Shown piece after piece: positions 11,001-22,050 of a DNA stretch of 58,478 nt; the stretch's first letter is position 1, and every line of letters begins with the position of its first letter. Origin of the DNA: Catajapyx aquilonaris. Taxonomy: Eukaryota. The notes under the pieces were generated by a model that was not told where the DNA came from, searched no databases, and saw nothing but the letters and a program-made list of their open reading frames with translations. The position numbers were made by a program, and so were the translations under genes. The stretch is from positions 1 to 58,478 of the forward strand of contig KZ538617.1 in NCBI GenBank assembly GCA_000934665.2. The letters run 5' to 3'.

Positions 11001-14000
11001 GTAGGACCTCAAGGTTGGATCAGCTATTTGAACAGAACTTCCACACTCATTACAATGCCACATGGGCACATTTTGAATGAAATGGCTCTCAGTGACAATG
11101 CAACTACAGAAAATTATCTATTTTGGGCCTGGATGAGATACTCCAGCACTATTTAGTTGATGTACCTAATAGAACTGTATATGTGTATGTGCTGTGTATG
11201 TTGCAGGTGAAGTATTTGACATCACCCGAGGCTCCTGGTACTCTGTGGCTACCTGGCAACCTCTTTCGATGGAGGATGCAGAAAAACTGGAGGTAGAGCA
11301 CATGAAGTGCTTTGGGGGACACAACATGGCAGAGTACCTCAACACTGGCACGCCAATTAAGACGCCTCGACCTGTCCTGCACACTGTCTCATTCTCGCTC
11401 TTCCATGTTGATTGGCTCAATCCAGCTGAGGTCTATTTGTACCATGAGACTACTCCATCTAAACTGGTGCGATCGGTCACACAACGGTTGGGGTTCCAGA
11501 AACGTAAGTTTGGGAAACTGGCATATTCTGCTGGATGAAGATTTGGCTCTTGCTTTCAAGATAAAAGGGAATCAAGTTGTGATATCTTATGCTGCAATGC
11601 ATCCAAACAGAATTAACAATATGTTTTAGAGCAGGGTTCTAGTTGAGTGATAATTTTGCTTCACCTCAGTTCATACTGTAATGGAAAAGCTAGACAAATT
11701 CAATATATGTCATCCAGCAGATGCACAGTGGCCTGTAAACCTTAGTTCCACTCAACTGAAAGTGTTGTATTGTTGCAGCTGCTGGCCACCAGTTATGCCG
11801 AGGCTACAAGACTCCTTGTCGTGCAGAAGATAAGCCAACGGACATTAGCCACTTGGTATTTGTTGTCCATGGCATTGGACAGAAGATGGATACAGGAAGG
11901 ATCGTCAGAAATTGTTCCACCTTCCGTGACTGTGTCACCTGGCTAAAGCAGAAGTATTTTCCATATGCTGATACCAAAGAGAGAGCTGAGTTTTTCCCAG
12001 TTGAGTGGAGGTCTTCACTAAAGCTAGATGGAGGTAAGACTACATGCTGACATGTCTTGATATACAGGGGTTGGACAAAATATAGAGCCCCCTGTAAAAA
12101 GCGGTGGAAACTTTGTGTCTATTTTATTTGAAAACTGGAAAAATTACAATGATGACGTTTACCTAGTTTTGAAGCTCCTAGGTATGCAGATGACGCAAAA
12201 ATAATCACGAGAGGGGGAGAGAAACAAAAGACGACCGATAACCTCCCCCCAGGCCTCATTTTTGACCAAAGTGTCCCACCCTGTTAATTTGAAAACGAAA
12301 ACAGTTACAGATATGAACTTGATTGGGTTTTGAAGCTCTGTAGATGTCACTTCGTGTGATATACAGATGGACCAAAATCACGCTGGGGGACAGGGAAAAA
12401 AATAGAAATGGCTCCCCCCTTCCCTGTCATTGCTTTAATGCAAACAATGGAAAGTAACTAGCAGTGGGACGAAAATTCAACCCGAACTTATTCTACATTA
12501 TTTTGTCCAACCTCCTCTCAGATTTAGTGCTGGCAAGTTATTAGCTCTTGGTGCAGGGGGGTGGGGGGGGGCGTAGCTTCTCTTTTTTCCCCATCTGTAT
12601 ACCACACAAAGTGACATTGGTAGAGCTTCAAACCCCAATCAAGTTCATATCTGTAACTGTTTTCATTTTCAAATTAGCAGGGTGGGACACCTTGGTCATA
12701 AATGGAACCTGGGGGTATCATTCATCTTTTGTTTCTCTCCCTCTCTCATGATTATTGCTTCATCTGAATACCTCAACAAATGCACATTGACAGAGCTTCA
12801 AAACTAGGTAAAAGTCATCTTTGTAACTGTTCCGGTTTTCGAATAAAATAGACACAAAGTTTAAACTGCGTCTTGCAGGGGGCCCTATAATTTTGTCCAA
12901 TCCCTGTACATGGTGGGAACATCCAAGAGAGTTACATGCTGCTATGGAAGAAAATTCTCGTAGCAAAAAGTATTGCATCTATAAACAAAAAGTTCACACA
13001 AGAAATGGTAGTCCTGCTGTCACAGAGTTTGAGAAAGGCCTCATTTCATAGAACCTACTCTTTCTCACTCTGGTACTCTCCGATTCGCATAAGTCTGAAC
13101 CTTTTCAGGTATACATACGCCCGAGGGGGTGAGCCGCCGCAAAATTAGTCCCTGGTATCACTGGCTTTCTCGAAGAACCAGTGCTGGTACATGTCATTCG
13201 AATGCCTAATTATCATGGGTAGCCCATGCAGTAGCTGCAGCGCTACACAAAGTGCACCTTTTGTTGTGAGGAGCGGTAGGGCCCAGCATGGTGGGCGCTA
13301 CTTTCGGCATATGGATATCCAAAAAAGGTTCACACTTATGCGATTCGGAGAGTAGAAGAGTAGTAACATTTGTGTCAAAGAGAGAAGCTACACTAACACT
13401 AGACAGTCCTCAGCAAATAAACAACCTTTTTGCCTTTTTTTTCTCCAAGAAGTAGAGTGGCTATTTCTTATGAGGGAAGTGTGTCAAGTTATGGGTCTCG
13501 CCTTTACTCTGAGCTATATTACACTGTCCTTTTTCAGACATTGTAGAGCTGATCACTCCCCAGAAGGTGCTAGGCCTGCGCCAGATGTTAAACGCAACTG
13601 CAATGGACATAATGTACTATACCAGCCCTCTTTACCGGGGTGAGATCCAGCGTGTCCTGCAGGATGAATTGACTCGTCTCTACACAATGTTCTGCCAGCG
13701 AAACCCAACATTTGAACCAGGAGGAGGGAAGGTCTCTATTGTTGCACACTCCCTGGGATGTGTCATCATGTATGACATCATCACTGGATGGACACCACCA
13801 AGAGAGGCTGTCCAGATCACATCAGGGAGTGTGGAAACAGAGCCTCAAGCCAATGGCATTGAGGATGAGGCACCACATCTTTTGTTTCGGGTATGGTGTT
13901 TTGTGCCTGCCAACTATTGTGTTTGGTGCTGCTTATTTGTGCATGGAATTAAATACAGGACTAGCCATTCAATGTAAACAACGCATACTTTTTTCCGGTC

Positions 14001-17000
14001 CCTTGATCAACCCCATAACCTCCTGAGACCTGAGAAGAATTTTTAACGCAATGTCAGTTCCTATTGCATTTTCTGAACATTTTCCCAATAAGAAACGAGA
14101 AAAAAATTTTAGTTTTAAAATATCGACAAACAACCAATGAGAACAGTAGGGCCCAATTGGTGCTACAAAAGCAGAACGGATGAAAGCTGAAAATTTAAAT
14201 ACCACTTAATGGATCACTAACATAGAGCACTATCCTCAAAACAATGTTTTTTAAATTCATTTGTGGAATTCGTGGTAGCAATTCCTCTCAGAAGACAATT
14301 AAAGATAAATGAAATTATTTTTGAACGCCACCACTCCAGGGATGGGGCTTGCTCCTTCCCTTCTTACCCGCTAGAGTGGTACCTTGCTATTCTAGATTTT
14401 AAAACTGAACTGCATAGTGCAAAGCACACTTCCTTATGGGTGTATAGGTACAGGCACTTAAAGAAAAGTCACATCCATTCAGCTAAAAATGCCATTTTTC
14501 GGATGTCCATTTAAATGGGCATTTGGTCTCAGGAAGAAAAGAAAATTACCAGTTCTCTACAGCAACCAAGACTGTCACAGACACATCATTTCGTATTTCC
14601 TAATACGCATTCCTTGCGAATCCAGGGACATTCACTGCATTGCGAAAATCGCACTCTAAGTATGAGTAAAAAAATAAAACTGATCAGATGAGCGCCTAGC
14701 TTCAGCAGCGGCGTCCGCCATTTTAATCCGCGATTTAATTTTTGCGGCCCAAGTCAGATATTCGACACTAGGTGGCTACACCTATTGAGGCCATATTGTA
14801 ACCATGGGGTTCTGTTGGCATCACTAGTTGGCGCCAAAAATTATTTTGCTGATGTCGACATATGTCGACACCAGGTCTCAGGAGGATAAGGCCTAATGGT
14901 AAATTTTCCCACTTATAACACTACTTTTGGGTATCATATCGAGGTGTTACTGTAGTGGATTTGGCTGGGACATCACCAAGAGATTTTCTTTCTTGAATTC
15001 CATCATTGCAACTAACCCAACAAGTTTGTACGGAAAAAAATCCTTTAAACTTGCATACTTTCTACTACAATGATGATGGACATTCAGGAAGTGCAGGCCA
15101 ATGCCATCCAAGATTAGGGAATATCAGGGTCAGTGGTTTCCAAACTTTTTTTGGTCGCGGCCCACATCAGATAGGGAAAATACCTCGCGGCCCACCTAAT
15201 GAGCCAGTTACACCTGGTCACCTCCCACACAAAGAGTGTATGTGTATGCTTTCTGTGTTAAGAACTAAGCGGCATGCAGGATTTTTTTTTCTTTTTTTAC
15301 GTACTGTGCTCTTGCTTCTCATTTTGCCAGATCATTTTATAGTTTACAAAAAAAATTAAAGCTGGCGGCCCACAGTTTGGGAACCAGTGATCAGGGTGAA
15401 TGACATATGGAATAATGCAGTAAGGAGTGACATAAATTTTCATAATGCAGTAGTTTCACATTAATCTTCGATGGTTTTTCCCAATATACAGTGTTGTGTA
15501 ATGAATGAGTCACTCTGCATTATATCTGCTTCGCATATTGCAGTTATTTGTACAGTGTGTTCAAGTATTGGGAGTCCTTTGAGTTATAAATATATAAATT
15601 TTGCCCAAATTTGTTACTTTTGTGTGGCGTTTTGCACCTCAATCGAGATGCCTAATTATTCCAAAAGGTGGTCGAACATAGCTTATGGGCACCTCAATCG
15701 GGGTGCAAAAAAAAATTGGAAAATAACCACTTTGGGCAAAATTTGCAGTAACTTAAGGCCTGTATACTTGCAACACGCTCTACTGTACACCTCTCCCTTA
15801 TGTAATGTGTCTTACAACAACCCGAGTTTATGTCTCTTGATTATTATTTGCCATTATTTGCTTAATTTATACCACTAGAAAGTTCATGTTGCAGTTCAAC
15901 AAGCTAGGGTAGATGTGACTTTCAGGGCGGACTTTGCAGATTACTCATGAATGAAAATGGATGTGAATTACACGTACTGCCAATTAAGCATTCAAGATCA
16001 CTGCACAGACCAATGCAGATAATTTGCTCAATGGACTCTGAAAAGCTGTCATTTTGAGGCTCTTCTCCCAAGGTCATGCATATTAAAAGGCTTCTTACAA
16101 GCCTCCAGCTCAGTTATTGATTATTATATTTTGAGGATGTAAGGGCATCATGGAATTATAGCCACTGCTACTGTTGCACCACAAAAAGCCTAACCAGTTC
16201 CTGGATTTACTCACTTTTTACTTTTAGTTGTATGGAATGGCCTACCCTTGGACACAGAATTACAAGTTTGAATGTGCCTCAATCTTGACTTCCCGGGATT
16301 TTGGTTGTGAAGGTAGAATTGATCTTTTCGACCTGTGATGCATTGTGCCACTTAGGCACCGTATAGGTAATTACTGCAAATTGCAGGGTTAAGTAATGGC
16401 AGGTTAAGGGCAAGTCAGGGTTGAGTTGGATCCATATATATTACAAAAAACATTATACAATTAATCAACAAATGTAGTATATTTTAAAGGATGGAGATTG
16501 GAGTAAGCCTAAGCATTGAACAATTGCATTTAACTACAGACTGCATATTTATAAAACATAATCATGTACACATTTCAAGACACTTTTCTGGGATTACATT
16601 GCTTTTAAAAAATGATGCGAGTGAAAAAAATTGTGTTATTTTTGTGTTATTTTGGTCGAGATGGAAGGTCATAAAGTGAAATCTCTTTCTTGTGCACAGA
16701 AAATGGCAAGTGATGTCCCCAATAATACAAAATTGTCTTCTACAATTCTAGTGGGGGGGAGCACCAATGCCATGTGCAAAGAAATTGTTCTTTAAATTTG
16801 CAGATAGAGAATTTCTTCTGCATTGGGTCACCTCTTTCTGTGTTCCTGGCCCTGCGATGGAAAAACCCACACAATCCTCGCCTTCGTGACAGGATTATTC
16901 CCAAGGCACTCTGCAAGCATATTTTCAATATCTTCCATCCTTCTGATCCAGTGGCTTATAGGTAAGTTACTGTAACTTGGTGTCAGAGATCAAGTGCACC

Positions 17001-17787
17001 AACCTATCCTTATATTTGGTCTCAGGATCGAGCCTCTGCTGATCAAGCACTACAGTAAGATAGCACCAGTACAGATCCATGCCTATAATGCGGCTGTGAA
17101 GACTCCATACAAGGATATGCCCAAGGAACTTATTGTGAGTGGGCCAGTTGCGAAAGAAACAGAGCCAAAGAAAGAGAGGGAAAATGGAAGTGGAGTTGCC
17201 TCGCCTAAATCGCCTGGTACACCTTCAAAAGGTACTATTATGTCTGATGAAAGGAATCTCTTGACACATCAGAATTCCACAATTCATACTTTCAAACTAA
17301 TATATTTTAGTTTTCTTATTTCTTTGCACCTTTATTATGAAATGCCTAGAATTCAAATACAGTGAAACACAAGAATGTCATTTGCTGTTCTTGTTGGATA
17401 ATTGTGATTGATGTTGAAAGTCTTCTTGTATCCATTTCACTAAAAGGATTAAACGATACTGATAACTTCCTCTCCTCAGACAAGAGCTGGAGCCTGTGGA
17501 ATCTGATGCGTGGAAACTGGCGAGCGGAGGCCCTCCCTCCTGAGTCTGAAGAGGGAGTCTCCTCTGACCCCCCACAGGAGCCCTCTCCGTCCCAGTCTGA
17601 TCTAGAGTACCGCATAGACTACGTCCTGCGAGAGGGAAACCTCATCAGCAGCTCCTATTTGTCCGCCCTCACCTCGCATACCGCCTACTGGGGCTCGTTG
17701 GATGTGGCTCACTTTGTCCTCAATCATCTGTACAGTCAGGAGGCAGTTCGAACTACCCCAGACTCAGAGTCACCAACAAGCAGCTGA
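7253..17787 (+). CDS. DDHD1: Phospholipase DDHD1 / PA-preferring PLA1, 7 exons, about 777 aa
   Basis: join(7253-8009,11207-11503,11779-12033,13538-13890,16804-16961,17026-17231,17480-17787); all introns GT-AG with consistent phase; motifs VRWFY, FDGYDSLRIE, VRGGLYEV, HLVFVVHGIGQ, FFPVEWR, MDIMYYTSPLY, AHSLG (catalytic Ser), FHPSDPVAYRIEP, RIDYVL, SHTAYW. Confidence 0.93.
9027..9554. mobile_element. Tc1/mariner-type fold-back MITE
   Basis: TA|CAGGGTGTAAATGAATT ... AATTCATTTACACCCTG|TA; palindromic along almost its whole length. Confidence 0.85.
9733..9963 (+). pseudogene. Probable C-terminal remnant of the long-TIR element's transposase
   Basis: EVKVTFLHPSGPSPSFSYPSPSDVLW...TGRVYTL lies between the two TIRs; resembles C-termini of invertebrate DNA-transposon proteins from memory, not searched. 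Confidence 0.5.
10017..10272 (+). mobile_element. tRNA-derived SINE (type D)
   Basis: A box TGGTATAGGGGTT, anticodon-like stem CCAGA-CTGCTAA-TCTGG, B box GGTTCGATTCC, A-rich tail, 10-bp TSD ATGTTTTTTC (10007-10016, 10273-10282). Confidence 0.85.
11207..11503 (+). CDS. DDHD1: DDHD1 exon 2
   Basis: TTGCAG|GT acceptor; ITRGSWY..TWQPL; donor AAC|GTAAGT. Confidence 0.9.
11779..12033 (+). CDS. DDHD1: DDHD1 exon 3
   Basis: RGYK...DISHLVFVVHGIGQKMD...EFFPVEWRSSLKLDG; donor GAG|GTAAGA. Confidence 0.92.
12065..12906. mobile_element. Tc1/mariner-type MITE with ~350-bp imperfect TIRs
   Basis: TA|CAGGGGTTGGACAAAAT ... ATTTTGTCCAATCCCTG|TA; mirrored arms explain the reciprocal ORFs 12159-12350 and 12548-12751. 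Confidence 0.8.
13076..13352. mobile_element. TA-flanked MITE
   Basis: TA|CTCTCCGATTCGCATAAGTCTGAACCTTTT ... AAAAGGTTCACACTTATGCGATTCGGAGAG|TA. Confidence 0.75.
13538..13890 (+). CDS. DDHD1: DDHD1 exon 4 (catalytic AHSLG)
   Basis: ITPQKVLGLRQMLNATAMDIMYYTSPLY...KVSIVAHSLGCVIMYDI; AG/GT boundaries. Confidence 0.92.
14019..14885. mobile_element. piggyBac-like non-autonomous element with ATAA TSD
   Basis: ATAA|CCTCCTGAGACCTG ... CAGGTCTCAGGAGG|ATAA; perfect 14-bp TIR. Confidence 0.8.
15131..15389. mobile_element. hAT (Charlie-like) MITE
   Basis: CAGTGGTTTCCAAACT ... AGTTTGGGAACCAGTG; perfect 8-bp TSD ATCAGGGT; subterminal GCGGCCCAC x3. Confidence 0.88.
15581..15754. repeat. Degenerate hairpin element
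   Basis: AAATTTTGCCCAAA / TTTGGGCAAAATTT and TTTTGCACC / GGTGCAAAA nested inverted repeats. Confidence 0.45.
16804..16961 (+). CDS. DDHD1: DDHD1 exon 5 (start of DDHD domain)
   Basis: IENFFCIGSPLSVFLALR...FNIFHPSDPVAYR; donor TAG|GTAAGT. Confidence 0.92.
17026..17231 (+). CDS. DDHD1: DDHD1 exon 6
   Basis: IEPLLIKHYSKIAPVQIH follows a 64-bp intron; donor AAG|GTACTA. Confidence 0.88.
17480..17787 (+). CDS. DDHD1: DDHD1 exon 7 (terminal)
   Basis: CTCCTCAG acceptor; LEYRIDYVLRE...SALTSHTAYWGSLDVAHFVL; TGA at 17785-17787. Confidence 0.88.
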
Positions 17788-18242
17788 GATCTGGCCCCAA
17801 AGGTAGAAAAGTAAATGTTTGTTTTCTGGTTACCCAAGACAACATAGGGATTCAGGTTCCCAAGTGATAACCTGACGGGTGTCAACAGAGTCTTCTTATA
17901 AGAACTTTTTGTGTTCTATTTATAGCTGTTTTGGAGGCTGTTCATGAACTTACTGGACACTTTCATTCTCCTTCTTCCAGTCCCAACTCCCCTAATATTA
18001 CATGAGCTTGGCCTGTGGCAACCTTTACTGCAAGGGCATTCCAGCAGGGGATGAATTGGGGAAGGGGAAGAGGGCTGGATCTGATCTAGAGTGACCAAAC
18101 AGGTATTTTTAGGTGCTGTTAAACCTCCATGTGGCACCCAAAAATACCTCTAGTCACTCACTCAGTTGTATGGATTGTATGGAGTAGGCAATCTGTGCTT
18201 CCGCCATTCTGTTGTTGAAGTATTGTCCTCCTGTCATTGGTA

Positions 18243-18502
18243 CTGTTGGCACGGAAATGGTCCGGATACTTGGGGGTAGGCTGAGGGTTATGCTGACCAC
18301 CAGTTGAGTGCGCTAGGTGATGCTAGTGCAAGTCTGAGATTTATTACTGTTTTGCAAGAAAAGGGTTCTGATCATAGACATTTTTCTTGCGAAAAGTAAT
18401 TTTAAATCTGAGGCTTGCACTAGTGTTACCTAGTGCACTCAATTGGTGGCGAGCATAACCTTCAGCCTACCCCAAGTGTCCGGACCATTTTCATGCCAAT
18501 AG
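18243..18502. mobile_element. TA-flanked fold-back MITE
   Basis: TA|CTGTTGGCACGGAAATGGTCCGGA ... TCCGGACCATTTTCATGCCAATAG|TA; ~110-bp arms; short relative at 22936-23017. Confidence 0.8.
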
Positions 18503-18817
18503 TACATTCACTAGGTATTCATCACAGTGTATGTGGGCAAAATATTGTTGTGTGATGCAGCCAGATCCAGTGATTTTAACATTGGTAGCAAATTGCAACT
18601 TGGGACAACTCTCCTGTTAAATCACAATTTATGGACAGCCCCATGTGCATTTTAAAGAGAAGAGAATTATATTATACAAAACAATACCTGGGTGGAATAG
18701 AAGTCATGATCGGTGCCTTATTATATGCACACCTAAACTTGTTCAATTATTATGATCAGAAGTGGGTTTCCGTCTCCAGTGAAATCTGGAGTAAGATAAT
18801 ATGAAATCATACTGTTG

Positions 18818-19066
18818 TAATGGATACCCTGTGATAGGCCTTGGCCCCCTTAAGGGATCATCTTTTCGTGAACCGACTTTAATCGTTGCCTGCATGTGAT
18901 GGATTTTGATTGTGGGAGGAAATGGGAGAACACCGAGAAAACCCACGCAAACACAGAGAGAACCCATCGAAACTTGATCCACATAAGTATCCTCTGCGCG
19001 ACCTGGGGATCGAACTCGGGACCTTAGAGGGCTGGGGCGCTAACCACTCCGCCACCGTGTCGCCCT
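18818..19066 (-). mobile_element. tRNA-derived SINE with V-domain-like core (type A)
   Basis: Head GGGCGACACGGTGGCGGAGTGGTTAG...GAGTTCGATCCC on minus; core GCGTGGGTTTTCTCGG...TTTCCTCCCAC; 18-bp TSD TATGAAATCATACTGTTG. Confidence 0.88.
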
Positions 19067-19192
19067 TATGAAATCATACTGTTGCTGAGTGGTGATCAAA
19101 GTTCTGCAATAATAATGATGAATCATGATGTGTTAATTAATATTCTGTGTAACACAATATGCATGAAAACCGTAACAGTTACACCCTCCCAA

Positions 19193-19455
19193 GGCGGCAT
19201 GGGGGTGCAGTGGTTATCTCCACAGCATTCTACCTATGAGGTCCCATGGTCTATCCCTGGATTGGACAGAGAAATTTCTCATGTGGAGAGAGTTTTGATG
19301 GGTTCTTCCCATGTTTGCGAGGGTTTTCTCAGGATTCTCCTGTTTCCTCCCACTACCAAGATACATCACAGCACTGTTAATGAATAAAGACAGTATTCTA
19401 AAAGACGATCCCCTAAATGCCCCAGTAGGCCTATCACAAGATTCCAATTATTATG
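19193..19455 (+). mobile_element. Older SINE type A copy
   Basis: Diverged homologue of 18818-19066 in the opposite orientation; 12-bp TSD ACACCCTCCCAA. Confidence 0.8.
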
Positions 19456-19616
19456 ACACCCTCCCAACCAACTAGTGGTGCCTCAAACTCATGCTCAAAC
19501 TTATTTGAATGAGGCCCATTTTTGGTGAAGTAAAAGAGAGGGATGATTCTCTGGCACACTTATCCCCACTCTCCACTTTTCATTTGCTGGTAAAACGCCA
19601 ATGAATCATTTGAATT

Positions 19617-19898
19617 TTTTTGTTTTGTTACCCGTGCTCGAGCCATTGCGGCTCGTTTTGGGGGGAGGGGAAAGGTTCCCAAGGGGGGGCATCCTTGGTT
19701 TATAGTCACTCACGACTCTCTCAGATCACCAGACCTTTTCTCTGGCCCCGGGCAGCTAAGGGAGTGCAATGCTGCCCCGGCGTGTCGGGTGAAAAGCGGA
19801 AAAAGACCCGGCCAAGCAGAGGTGACGGGGACGGGATTTGAACCCTGGCCTCCCGCTTGGCTAGTCAGTGGCGTAACCACTAGACTACCACGCCTCCC
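19617..19898 (-). mobile_element. tRNA-derived SINE (type B) with LINE-like 3' tail
   Basis: Head GGGAGGCGTGGTAGTCTAGTGGTTA...GGTTCAAATCCC on minus; 14-bp TSD GAATCATTTGAATT; tail matches the LINE 3' end at 53226-53263. Confidence 0.9.
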
Positions 19899-20273
19899 GA
19901 ATCATTTGAATTAAGCACTCGACACAGGCATTTTAGCACTAAAAGATGCTCCTATTAGGGCAGGATGCTCCGTCCTTTAGTGGGACTGAAACGGATTGGC
20001 CTGCAATTATTGGCTGATTCTTAAAACAAACTATTGCTAAACACACATGTTAGTAGATTGCTTAAGTTTGCAGCTATGTACCACACCTGGGGAACCACTA
20101 GCCTAAAGGCTGTGAACAATGCAAACAATGCAGGCCTCAGTCTAGGACACGAAGGAATACTATACAATTGAATCAGTTGTTTCGAAAACCACATAAGTCC
20201 AGAGGACAGTACCATATTGATTTACAATTCCTTTTTTTGCCACAAATACGGGGCCAATACAGGTCGGAAGATA

Positions 20274-20899
20274 TATAATATTATTATAATAAATGTGGGT
20301 AGTGCTTTCACCCTGTCGGGTATATCGCACGGACCTTTATTGATCTTGATATATGAGGGGTGTGGTGGAAAAACGTGATAACTGACAAAGGTGTAATTTT
20401 TCAGGAGAGCGAATTAAAGTTTGCATTTTCTTAACAAATCATACAGAATTCTGGTTTTGATCTAGTCCGTGTGGCAGTCTCGTGCATGATACGTGAACTT
20501 GGAGTATACCGAACTGTTTGTCTGTCTTATACAGAGTTGCTAGGTGTTTAGGTGAAAAATGACAAAAATGTCAGTTATCATGTTTTTGCACCACATCCCT
20601 CATATGATGTACATAACGAACCTTTGTATGAAACGCCCGGGTCCACGGGCATATGGGGAAGGGGAGGTTCCCAAGGGAGGGCACTCTTAATTAGTTTCTA
20701 GTCATTTCTGACCCTCTTAAATACCAGACCTTTTCTCCTGGCTCTGGGCAGAGAAGGGAGTGCAATTTTGCCTGGACATGTCGGGTAAAAGCTGAAAAAG
20801 ACCCAACCAAGGAGAGGTGAAGGGGACGGGATTTGAACTCCAGACCTCCCACTTGGCTGGCCAGTAGCATAGCCACTAGACCACCATGTCCCCCCTCAC
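20274..20899 (-). mobile_element. Chimeric SINE: type-B head and body with type-E tail, interrupted by a MITE
   Basis: 20655-20896 is homologous to 19660-19898; 20290-20350 and 20605-20652 are homologous to 53066-53175; TSD TACAGGTCGG (20258-20267, 20900-20909). Confidence 0.8.
20354..20602. mobile_element. mariner-type MITE
   Basis: TA|TGAGGGGTGTGGTGGAAAAACGTGATAACTGACA ... TGTCAGTTATCATGTTTTTGCACCACATCCCTCA|TA. Confidence 0.8.
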
Positions 20900-21339
20900 T
20901 ACAGGTCGGCATATACAGACACATTATCAACAGAATCCTCCTGGAGCTGAATGCACTGGCACCACAGGTATGTCAACCTCTCCTGGCCCTCCAGGAACCA
21001 CTTTTTGGTGGTGTGGCGCACCCACTCCCGGTCAACTGCTTTCAGTTATCCTCCAAAGCGTGGTTCATGGAGGGCCTGATGGAGAATTTTCCACACCCAT
21101 GACCCCTGTCCATTCAGCTCCAGGAGGATACTATCGATAATGTGTGCATATCTGCCAACCTGCATGGGCCGTATATTTTTGGCAAAAAAATAAACTGTAA
21201 ATCAATATGGTACGGTCCTCTAGACTTGTGGTTTTCGAAACACTTTTAGGAGAGTAGCTGCTGCTTGAATGTTGCTATTCTTTCACTTCCAATTACCTAC
21301 TCCCACGGCGTCTAGCATTAGGCCCTTTAGGCAGTGTTG

Positions 21340-22050
21340 CGAGGGGTAGTTAAGTTTCACGTATCCATATTTTTGAAGCCAATAGACTTAAGAGGTAAAA
21401 CATAATTACTCGTATGTGCTGGTGCAAGCATCCTCCTCCTGAAATATGTGATAGTTGGCCATGACAGTGCATGCTCAGCAATAGTTGGAAACTAACTGGC
21501 TCTGACTAGAGTGTGTCCATCCTCGTTACTCCTAGAGACATAATGGTGAACAGATGTGTGTTGCAAATGTGGACAAAAGATGAGGTACAGGCAGTTGTCC
21601 ACTATGAACGTTCACATGGCATGTGTGGTACTAACTGATGGAACTGATGGGACGATGGTGCCAACAATTCTATGATGGGCCTGAGAGTGAGCAGAGGTCT
21701 GCACCATTTACTCTTACATTACGTTGGGACCGTACACCTCCACCAACCACTTATGGACTATGGTACCACACATGCCACATGCACATTTGTAGCAGACAAC
21801 TGCCAGCACTTCATCCTTTGCCCACATTTGTAACACACATCTGTTTGCCATTATGCCTCCTGGAGTAATGAGGATGGGCACTCTCTAGCCAGCAATAGCT
21901 CATATCTGACTACTGCTGCTGTGCATACACACAACATGCATGATCAAGACCAACTATCATATATTTCAATACCAGTATGCTATATTTTACCCCATAAGTC
22001 GATTGGCTTTGAAAATGTGAATATGTGAAACTTATTTGTACTACCCCTCA
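21340..22050. mobile_element. mariner-derived fold-back element (duplicated 5' end)
   Basis: CGAGGGGTAGT / ACTACCCCTCA termini; ~270-bp diverged arms; peptides WTKDEVQAVVHYE and MGRWCQQFYDG resemble the mariner N-terminal HTH. Confidence 0.7.

Larger units (their letters stand above)
20178..21242. mobile_element. Fold-back MITE hosting a SINE in its left arm
   Basis: TGTTTCGAAAACCACATAAGTCCAGAGGAC / GTCCTCTAGACTTGTGGTTTTCGAAACA; the left arm resumes at 20900-20953 and pairs with about 21111-21165. Confidence 0.7.
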
